NCBI GenBank assembly: GCA_049967535.1
Contig: JBMFSN010000002.1
Span: 1 to 56,898, forward strand
Length of the DNA: 56,898 bases
Direction: 5' to 3'
Source: Minisyncoccia bacterium
GTDB taxonomy: Bacteria > Patescibacteriota > Minisyncoccia > UBA6257
In this document: piece after piece, positions 46,416 through 53,610 of the stretch
How the letters are laid out: the number at the start of each line of letters is the position of its first letter
Numbering within the stretch: position 1 is the first letter of the stretch
Notes under the pieces: generated by a model
What the model was told of the DNA's origin: nothing
Database searches by the model: none
Seen by the model: only the letters and a program-made list of their open reading frames with translations
Translations under genes and position numbers: made by a program

Positions 46416-46782
46416 TTTTTAATAATAAATATAAAGGAGCAATAACCCAAAGAAGATAACCTAACCAAAAAATAAAGCTAAAACAAACTAAAATAATAGC
46501 CCCTGTTAAAATTTTAAAGGCACGAATAGGAATACTCAAAAGATACGAGGCAAAAGAATATTCTTGCCAAAAAGGAACAGTAAAATAACGCACATTCAAA
46601 GAAAAAGCTAGATCTCTTTCTAGAGAAGAAAAGATTTGCCAAAATAAAGAATTAAAAAAGTTAAAACCTCCACGAAAATAGGTATCGAGAAAGTTTACTC
46701 CATAAAATACCAAACGCTGAATAAAATACAAAAAAAGACTATTGCTCATTATCAATATTATAGCACAAAAATTCTTTATCAT
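46402..46782 (-). CDS. Small membrane protein, function unknown
   Basis: ORF track; three to four hydrophobic helices. Overlaps the start of the Clp-like ATPase by 14 nt. The true start may be Met12. Confidence 0.55.
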   Translation of the reverse strand: MIKNFCAIILIMSNSLFLYFIQRLVFYGVNFLDTYFRGGFNFFNSLFWQIFSSLERDLAFSLNVRYFTVPFWQEYSFASYLLSIPIRAFKILTGAIILVCFSFIFWLGYLLWVIAPLYLLLKIVGI

Positions 46783-46820
46783 AACAATAGCTCATTATTT
46801 TCTCTCGTTTATCTTCAATC

Positions 46821-46908
46821 TTAAAGCTCGGGTATGTTGTCACAAAAACACGCTCTCGATTTCCCCAGCGAGGATTTTGGACTCGCGGAACTCATCGCCA
46901 TGAGGCGG
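46821..46908. repeat. GC-rich modular palindromic element, copy B (rearranged)
   Basis: 46825-46873 is collinear with 21424-21470. The next 14 nt (46874-46887, ATTTTGGACTCGCG) are the reverse complement of the corresponding loop in copy A. Confidence 0.75.
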
Positions 46909-46909
46909 T

Positions 46910-48169
46910 TTAAAATAATTCTTCTTGAATAATGGCTTCCTGTTTTCCTTTATCAGATAAAGATCTGACTCTTCCATACTCTCCATCATAGCCTGGCTCT
47001 AATTCTACTTTTCCCTCTCTAACCTTGATAATGCCTTCGGCAATTCTTGTTGTAGTAACTTTCTCTAGTTCTTCTTTATTTGCCTCTAAAAGGATATAAA
47101 ATTCATTAGGAAATCGATTGATAAGGTTTTGATATTCTTCTCTTACTCTTTTGGTTTTTACCTGGCAATCAAAAGCTTCGGCAATAATCTCCCGTAAAGG
47201 CACTAAACTTTTGAAGGGAATAGCATTACTAGGTATATAACCATCTTCCCGGTCAGCTAATTCATCTACTCGTGATAAAACTCCTACTGTTAATGGCTTG
47301 CCACAAACTGGGCAAAGGCCATTTAATTTTTTTCTTTCTTCAGGTGACATACATACCTTGCACAACCGATGCCCATCATAATGATATTTTCCCTCTTCTG
47401 GAAAAAACTCAATAGTGTATAAAAATTTTTTAGGATCTTTATTAATAATGGCCTCCCTTAAACTAAAGTAATTTAAATCAATCTCAAAAACATTAGCTTC
47501 TCTTCCAATATTATCTGGAGAGTGAGCATCAGAATTAGATACTAAAGTAAATTTATCTAAGGCTGAGATACGCCAATTCATTTTGGGATCGCTACTCAAA
47601 CCAGTCTCTAGAGCAGAAAGATATTTTGTGTTTCCCCCAAAAGCTTCTTCCAAAGAATCAAATCCTGACATTGACCCAAAAACAGAAAACCAAGGAGTCC
47701 AAATATGAGCAGGAATAAACATTGCCTGGGGTTCTATCTTTAAAACAATTTTTAATAATTCTTCAGAATCCATTCCTAAAATGGGTCGACCATCAGATTT
47801 CAAATTGCCTTGCCAAGATAAAGCATTGTTTATTTTTTGCGCTGCTTCTAAAGAAGGAAGAACAACAACATTATGGACTCTTCTGGTTTTGCCTCCTCTT
47901 TGATAAATATTAGAAATTTCTCCAGTAATAATGAATCTTACTTGATTTTCTGTTTTTTGATTCTGATTTTTCAGTTGGTACAAACCCTCTTCCGCTGGTT
48001 CTAATTGAGAGCTCAACTCCTCAAACCATTGAGGATGAGTAAAATCACCTGTCCCCAGGATATTAATTCCTTTTCTTTGACTTGCTAAGGCCATATGTTC
48101 TAAATCCATATCTCTCGAAACTGCTCGAGAATATTTAGAATGCAAATGTAAGTCAGCAATAATTTTCAT
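46910..48169 (-). CDS. PHP-domain nuclease of the endonuclease Q (EndoQ) type
   Basis: IADLHLHSKYSRAVS, GTGDFTHPQW, SDGRP, IPAHIWTPWFS, LETGLSSD, SNSDAHSPDNIGREANVF, GKYHYDGH, zinc ribbon CKVC...CPVCG, PGYDGEYG. The start is set at Met15 (48169) because the ORF-track extension overlaps the tRNA-Arg gene. Confidence 0.7.
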   Translation of the reverse strand: MKIIADLHLHSKYSRAVSRDMDLEHMALASQRKGINILGTGDFTHPQWFEELSSQLEPAEEGLYQLKNQNQKTENQVRFIITGEISNIYQRGGKTRRVHNVVVLPSLEAAQKINNALSWQGNLKSDGRPILGMDSEELLKIVLKIEPQAMFIPAHIWTPWFSVFGSMSGFDSLEEAFGGNTKYLSALETGLSSDPKMNWRISALDKFTLVSNSDAHSPDNIGREANVFEIDLNYFSLREAIINKDPKKFLYTIEFFPEEGKYHYDGHRLCKVCMSPEERKKLNGLCPVCGKPLTVGVLSRVDELADREDGYIPSNAIPFKSLVPLREIIAEAFDCQVKTKRVREEYQNLINRFPNEFYILLEANKEELEKVTTTRIAEGIIKVREGKVELEPGYDGEYGRVRSLSDKGKQEAIIQEELF

Positions 48170-48184
48170 AAATACATTTAATCG

Positions 48185-48256
48185 CCCCCTCAGGAGGAAT
48201 CGAACCTCCATCAGAAGCTCCGGAAGCTCCTATTTTATCCGTTAAACTATGAGGGG
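48185..48256 (-). tRNA. tRNA-Arg (anticodon CCG)
   Basis: The reverse complement folds as a cloverleaf. Acceptor CCCCTCA/TGAGGGG, D arm GTTT-AACGGATA-AAAT, anticodon arm GGAGC-TTCCGGA-GCTTC, T arm GGAGG-TTCGATT-CCTCC, discriminator G. CCA is not encoded. Confidence 0.8.
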
Positions 48257-48262
48257 AATCAA

Positions 48263-49474
48263 TTAGTAAATTAAGAAAATCTGACACAAGGCTCCAGCTA
48301 ATAAAGCAAAAAAGAAAAATACTAAAAGTAAATGATTAAGAGGTACTTCATAACTCGGTGCTAAATCAGATTTCTTTTTAGCTCGATAAAGAGTAAAAAG
48401 CACTATAGAACCTTCAAAGCCACCTAGCATACCGCCCATAAAAGAAATAAGTTTTACAATATTCATCATATGAGCAAAATACAAAACAAGAGGTCCTAAA
48501 ACAACAACAAAATTACTAATAAAAGGCGACCAATGAAAATCGTGAATAAAGCTATTTTTAATGTAAATGGCGAAAATTAGATAGGAAGTAATAACAGCTA
48601 AAAGGCCTAAAATAGCTCCGATAATCACAATGCCATTGCCTAAAAGAATTTTTAATCCCCCAATAGCTTCTAAGGTGGTTGAGGAACCGGTTGCTCCCAA
48701 AACGCTAATAATAAATAATAAATAGCAAAAGGCTGAAATTAAAATACCAGTGATAATAATCCCTTTTACTTCACTTTGGTTGACTCTTTTTCTTTTTATA
48801 ACACTAATGGCTTCTGGCACTGCTACCATTCCATTTAAGGCATAAAACAAAACACCATAAGGAATAAGCCAACTCCATTTATAAGAAAAATTAAATAGAT
48901 CTAAGTTGGCGCTCTGAAAACGAGAAAAAGCAAAAAAGGCTATTACTACAAATAAAATTAAAAGTAAAAAAGACAAAATTAAATTAATACGCGAGGCATG
49001 GTCTTGTTTGCTGAAAATAGCTAAACTTAAAAGAAGCCAAAGAAAAATTACTAAAAACCCACTGGGTAAAATATGGCTGGGAAGAAACAATGTTAAAAAA
49101 GTACTAAGAAATTGCCCTCCTAAAAAGAGGTAAATCAATAGCGAAAAAGAAAAAGTAAAGAAAGTTGTCAAAAGCATTAATTTTCTAGACGGTTCACCCA
49201 AATAATATCCAGCGTAACCAGGTAAGCGAAACTCTTTTGGAGTTCTTAAAACAATTTCTCCATAAGCCAAATGAAGATAAATAATAAGAATTAAAACTAT
49301 TCCTAACCAAAGTAAAGTAGGAAGTAATCCTGATTCTTCTGCTATTTTCGGCAAAGTAAAAACACCTGCCCCAATAATAGTGCCTACTAAGGCAGCGATA
49401 GCTTCTAATTTAGCGAATACATAAGATTTCCTCTGAGATTTTATTTCCAAGGATGGCATAAAAATAATTTTCAA
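48263..49474 (-). CDS. Amino acid permease (aromatic amino acid / Trp-Tyr permease-like family)
   Basis: About 11 TM helices, with N-terminal LVGTIIGAGVFTLP as in the Trp/Tyr permease family. Confidence 0.65.
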   Translation of the reverse strand: MKIIFMPSLEIKSQRKSYVFAKLEAIAALVGTIIGAGVFTLPKIAEESGLLPTLLWLGIVLILIIYLHLAYGEIVLRTPKEFRLPGYAGYYLGEPSRKLMLLTTFFTFSFSLLIYLFLGGQFLSTFLTLFLPSHILPSGFLVIFLWLLLSLAIFSKQDHASRINLILSFLLLILFVVIAFFAFSRFQSANLDLFNFSYKWSWLIPYGVLFYALNGMVAVPEAISVIKRKRVNQSEVKGIIITGILISAFCYLLFIISVLGATGSSTTLEAIGGLKILLGNGIVIIGAILGLLAVITSYLIFAIYIKNSFIHDFHWSPFISNFVVVLGPLVLYFAHMMNIVKLISFMGGMLGGFEGSIVLFTLYRAKKKSDLAPSYEVPLNHLLLVFFFFALLAGALCQIFLIY

Positions 49475-49490
49475 TAAAAATTTTAATTTT

Positions 49491-49745
49491 TTAGTCCTTC
49501 AGTAAATAGATTTCATCTCCCTCTTTAACTGGTTGCTCAAGTTTCAAACCAATTAAATCCCCTTTTTGGGCTTTTGGGACATTCTCATGTTCTACTTGCA
49601 TTGAGGAGACTACCTGATTAAAATCTGTCGTATGTCCTTTAACATGAATCTGGTCATTAACGCTTAAAGGACCCATAATTTCTACAATGGCAACGTTAAT
49701 TTTGCCATAATAATGAGTAATTTTACCAATAAGTTTTTCCTCCAT
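49491..49745 (-). CDS. Translation elongation factor-like small beta-barrel protein (EF-Tu domain 2-like)
   Basis: IGKITHYYGKINVAIVEIMGPLSVNDQIHVKGHTTDF...GDLIGLKLEQPVKEGDEIYL. Confidence 0.6.
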   Translation of the reverse strand: MEEKLIGKITHYYGKINVAIVEIMGPLSVNDQIHVKGHTTDFNQVVSSMQVEHENVPKAQKGDLIGLKLEQPVKEGDEIYLLKD

Positions 49746-49803
49746 AGAAATAAAGATTATTATTAAAATCGACCTTATTTTTTAGTATAGCACAAAATTA
49801 AAC

Positions 49804-49831
49804 AAAAAAAGAGAGCAAGGCTCTCTTTTTT
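49804..49831 (-). terminator. Intrinsic terminator downstream of rpsT (symmetric, could act in both directions)
   Basis: AAAAAAAGAGAGC-aag-GCTCTCTTTTTT. Confidence 0.65.
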
Positions 49832-49861
49832 AACTTTCCCTTATGTTTTTCTATATTTTTC

Positions 49862-50128
49862 TTATTTAGAAGGAACTACTATTTTTTTAGCTAATCTAGA
49901 CTTATTACGAGCGGCAGTGTTCTTTTTGATTAAATTAGTCTTAGCTGCTTTATCTAAAAGCTTGTATAAAACATTAAGAGTTTTTTGGGCTTCTTCAAGA
50001 TTATTGGAAGCTAAAAGTTTAAAAAATTGTTTCTCTGTTTGTCTCAAAGCTTCTTTCTTCAAATTATTAGCTTCTCTATTTTTAAGGCTTTTTCTAAGAG
50101 AACGTTTTGCTGTATTACTAATGGGCAT
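49862..50128 (-). CDS. rpsT: 30S ribosomal protein S20
   Basis: MPISNTAKRSLRKSLKNREANNLKKEALRQ..., typical S20. The start is set at Met10 (50128). Confidence 0.85.
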   Translation of the reverse strand: MPISNTAKRSLRKSLKNREANNLKKEALRQTEKQFFKLLASNNLEEAQKTLNVLYKLLDKAAKTNLIKKNTAARNKSRLAKKIVVPSK

Positions 50129-50201
50129 AAATACAATTTTAAAGTTTTTTCTCACCTTGCTTCATTAAATTTAACATTTTTACCCTAAAAAAGCAAGTTC
50201 C

Positions 50202-51281
50202 TTAATTTGTTAAAATTTGTCTAATATCTAAAAGAAGCATCTGTAAAGCTAGTTCCGAAGGCATAAGATATCTTTTTATTCTTTCATCACATAAAAGAAG
50301 TTTTGGATAAATAGTCTTTAATTCCTCTAAAGAAAAAGATTTAGCCAGGGAAATAATTTTTCTTAAAGGATAAGGTTTAATTTTTGTCTCTTTTGCTAAT
50401 TCCATAAAAGTTTTTGCCTTAGACTCTTTTACCATTATAATGCTCCTGATTTCAAAGGTAATAGATCCTAAAAGACGCAGAATATTACTTGGAGAACTGT
50501 CTTCTTCCAAATTATTAAGTAATAAGCGAAAAGCAGTAGGAATCTTACGAGCTGCTAAATTATCCAAAAATTCAAAAACATCATTATTAAAAGGCAGCCA
50601 AGCATTTTCTTCTAAATCTTTTTTCGTAATCAGTGCCTTTTGAATTAAAGATAATTTTTTTAAAGTAAAAAAAATCAATCCCGTATCAAATCCAAAATAA
50701 TCTAAAATGAGTTTTTTTGTTTCCGGGTCTAATTGAAAATGAAACTGTTGAGCTGTTTCGCTTAACCAATAGCTTAATTTTACTCCCTTTAATAAAGGAA
50801 ATTCTTTAACTAATTTAGCTTTTTTCTTAAACCACTCAAAAATCTTCTTTCTTTCTGATGCTTTTCCCCTTTTTTCTCCTTCTTTCTTTGTCTCTTTTTC
50901 TTCATCTCCATCCTCGCTCTCATCCTCACGAGATTTGTTTCCAGAATCATTCTCATAAATAATAAGCATGGTACTTTTAGAGGCATCGATTTTGTCCTCA
51001 GTAATTATTTTGATGCATTCTTTCTGAAAATCTTCAGGCGCATAACTAATTACATTTTTTAAAACTATCAGACGGGTATTAGAAAACAAGTTATAACTAT
51101 TTAATTTTTCTTTTAGCTCATTTATTGTTAAAGGTAGAGCAAAAGGATCATTAAAATCATAAGAAAAATAAAACAAATCATCTTGTTGATAATGACGAAT
51201 CAAATAATTCAGATACTCTCCAGATAAAAAAGTGTCTTCTCCGTAAACTAAATAAATCATAATGCTTGGCAATGAGGACAA
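50202..51281 (-). CDS. holA: DNA polymerase III delta subunit
   Basis: N-terminal IYLVYGEDTFLSGEY, clamp-loader delta fold pattern and C-terminal helical domain. It contains an acidic low-complexity insert (SREDESEDGDEEKETKKEGEKRG). Confidence 0.7.
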   Translation of the reverse strand: MSSLPSIMIYLVYGEDTFLSGEYLNYLIRHYQQDDLFYFSYDFNDPFALPLTINELKEKLNSYNLFSNTRLIVLKNVISYAPEDFQKECIKIITEDKIDASKSTMLIIYENDSGNKSREDESEDGDEEKETKKEGEKRGKASERKKIFEWFKKKAKLVKEFPLLKGVKLSYWLSETAQQFHFQLDPETKKLILDYFGFDTGLIFFTLKKLSLIQKALITKKDLEENAWLPFNNDVFEFLDNLAARKIPTAFRLLLNNLEEDSSPSNILRLLGSITFEIRSIIMVKESKAKTFMELAKETKIKPYPLRKIISLAKSFSLEELKTIYPKLLLCDERIKRYLMPSELALQMLLLDIRQILTN

Positions 51282-52138
51282 TAAAAAGTAGAGCGGCTTC
51301 CCTGCTTTGCTCTTTTAATTAAAGAACCACAGCGAGAACAAGGCTCCCCTTCTCTTTGGTACACTTTTAAAAACTTAGTATAACTACCTTTTTGACCATT
51401 AATTTGCCGATAAGAATCATCTTTCGCAGAAGTACCTTGGTGTTCAATTGATAGTTTTAAAATTTTTTTTATTGCCTTAAATAAACGTTGAATTTCATTT
51501 TTCTTTAAATCCTTGACCTTCTTAAAAGGATTAATTTTTGCCTCCCAAAGTACTTCATTAGCATAAATATTGCCTAGACCGCTAATAATTTTTTGGTCCA
51601 TAAGCAAAACTTTGATCTCTCCTTTTCTTTTAAGTAAGGTATTTTCAAAATTTGTCAAAGTAAAATCAGAAGAACAGGGATCAAGGCCCAGAGTATTTAA
51701 ATCCTTTTCTTCTTTCAAGTCTTTCTGGGACAAAAGTATTAGTTTGGCAAATTTTCTCATATCCGAAAGAGCTAATTTACGCCCATTTTTTAAAGAAAAA
51801 ACCCAGTGAAGAAAACGATTTTGAGGCTCAAGAAAAATTGTTTCATTTTTTGGCTGCCATTGATTATGAAAATATTCAAAATCCCCTACCAAAAAATGAC
51901 CAGTTAATTTTAAATGAACCCATAAAACTAAATCCTTATCTAAAAAAATGAGAATATTTTTCCCTTTTCTTTCTGTTTTGAGAATTTTACGCCCAATAAT
52001 TAATTGGTGAAATTGAGAAGCATTAAAATGCCCTTTTATATTTTTAGGGCTATCGGTCCAAAAATCAACAATAGTCTGTTCTTTAACAGCTTTATTTAAT
52101 TCTCGAACAATAGTTTCCACTTCTGGTAATTCGGGCAT
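51257..52138 (-). CDS. mutM: Formamidopyrimidine-DNA glycosylase (Fpg/MutM)
   Basis: N-terminal MPELPEVETI, H2TH region GLGNIYANEVLW, C-terminal zinc finger CSRCG...CPHCQ. Overlaps the holA start by 25 nt. Confidence 0.9.
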   Translation of the reverse strand: MPELPEVETIVRELNKAVKEQTIVDFWTDSPKNIKGHFNASQFHQLIIGRKILKTERKGKNILIFLDKDLVLWVHLKLTGHFLVGDFEYFHNQWQPKNETIFLEPQNRFLHWVFSLKNGRKLALSDMRKFAKLILLSQKDLKEEKDLNTLGLDPCSSDFTLTNFENTLLKRKGEIKVLLMDQKIISGLGNIYANEVLWEAKINPFKKVKDLKKNEIQRLFKAIKKILKLSIEHQGTSAKDDSYRQINGQKGSYTKFLKVYQREGEPCSRCGSLIKRAKQGSRSTFYCPHCQAL

Positions 52139-52145
52139 AGTAAAG

Positions 52146-52274
52146 ATAATTTACAATTTCTAATTTACAATTTTCAATCAATATCACAATTTTAAATTTT
52201 CAAACCTCTAATATCTATTTGTAAATTTAATCATTGAAAATGTATTGTAAATTGTAAATTGAGAATTGAAAATT
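52146..52274. repeat. AT-rich ~125-nt palindromic repeat, copy R2 (opposite orientation to R1)
   Basis: Its reverse complement aligns with 33116-33236 at about 90% identity, with two short indels. Confidence 0.85.
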
Positions 52275-53594
52275 CTATTGAGGAGGAATATATGCTGGAT
52301 CTAAGGGTAAAGTAAAAGAGAAAGTAGAACCACGGCCCACTATTGAGTCTACCCAAATTTTACCTCCATGACGTTCTACAATATTTTTAGCTAAATATAA
52401 TCCTAAACCAATACCACTAGTTTGCTCTTTCATAATTTTTTCTGACCTAAAGAATTTAGTAAAAAGCTTCTGTTTGTCCTCCTCGCTAATTCCCATACCA
52501 GTATCACTCACCGACACAATAAGAAATGGTTTATCAGGAACTAAAGATAACTTAACATTTACTTCCCCGTTTTTGACATTATATTTAATGGCATTATCAA
52601 CTAAGATTTCTAAAACAATTTTAATTCTCATAGGGTCCATCACAAAGGGTTCTAGTTTAAATTCTGGCCGATAAAAACTAAATTTAATATTATTTTGCTT
52701 GGCAGAAGGCTCAAATTTGGTAAAAACGTCCTCGATAATTTGGCTCAAATCAGATAATACAAACTGGAAGCCAAATTTGCCTTCCTCTATTTGAGCAGCA
52801 CTTAACAAATCTTCCACTGTCTTTAAACTCTCATTAATTGCTTTTTTACCTTGATTGATTGCCTCTTCTTGTTCTGGGGTTAAGGGTCCAATTTCTTTTT
52901 TTGACAGGAGTTCAAACACCCAAGATAAACCAGAAAGAGGAGTTCTTAATTGATGGGCAGCCACTGTAATAAAATCTTTCTGAGTTTTTTGAAGGGCTTC
53001 CTCCTGTGTTAAGTCATGAATAATTTTTAAAAAACCAAAGACATTGCCTTTTTCATCCATTACTCTAGTAGTGATAATTTCTAAGGTTAATTCTCTCGGC
53101 TCATCAAATTTGACTTTAATTCTCTGGGGATATAAATCACCGGATCTTTCTAAAACTAAAGGAGCTAAACTGGGAAAAAGAATCTTGGTTAAAAATCCGT
53201 ATTGAGGATCATTGGTTAATTCCGGAGTAATAATTTTTCCTAAAAGCTCTTGTTTTTTTAGTCCTGTTAATCTTTCCATGGCATTATTGACTAAAATAAT
53301 CTCAAAATCATTGCTGTAAGAAATAGCTGGATCTTCAATACTTAAAATCATGGCATTTATTTGATTTCTTTCTAAATCTAAGCGGTTACTCTTGTCAATC
53401 AAATTTAAAATTACTACTGCTAACCAAAGCCAAATAGCAAAAAGAATACTTCCAAGAATCAAAACCAAAATTTGGTCTGGCAGCCAAAGAAAATCAAATA
53501 CTATCTGGGTAATAATTAAAAGGCCCAAAAATAAGAATGGCAGAAATTGGTTAGAAAAGAAATATTTTCGTATTTTTTTTAACAAATTTTTCAT
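52275..53594 (-). CDS. Sensor histidine kinase (2 TM, PAS-like, HisKA, HATPase_c); no response regulator in the window
   Basis: H-box AAHQLRTPLS, N-box VDNAIKY, G-boxes DTGMGI and GIGLGLYLAKNIVERHGG. Confidence 0.85.
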   Translation of the reverse strand: MKNLLKKIRKYFFSNQFLPFLFLGLLIITQIVFDFLWLPDQILVLILGSILFAIWLWLAVVILNLIDKSNRLDLERNQINAMILSIEDPAISYSNDFEIILVNNAMERLTGLKKQELLGKIITPELTNDPQYGFLTKILFPSLAPLVLERSGDLYPQRIKVKFDEPRELTLEIITTRVMDEKGNVFGFLKIIHDLTQEEALQKTQKDFITVAAHQLRTPLSGLSWVFELLSKKEIGPLTPEQEEAINQGKKAINESLKTVEDLLSAAQIEEGKFGFQFVLSDLSQIIEDVFTKFEPSAKQNNIKFSFYRPEFKLEPFVMDPMRIKIVLEILVDNAIKYNVKNGEVNVKLSLVPDKPFLIVSVSDTGMGISEEDKQKLFTKFFRSEKIMKEQTSGIGLGLYLAKNIVERHGGKIWVDSIVGRGSTFSFTLPLDPAYIPPQ

Positions 53595-53610
53595 TGTTGT
53601 TAGTTGTCAA

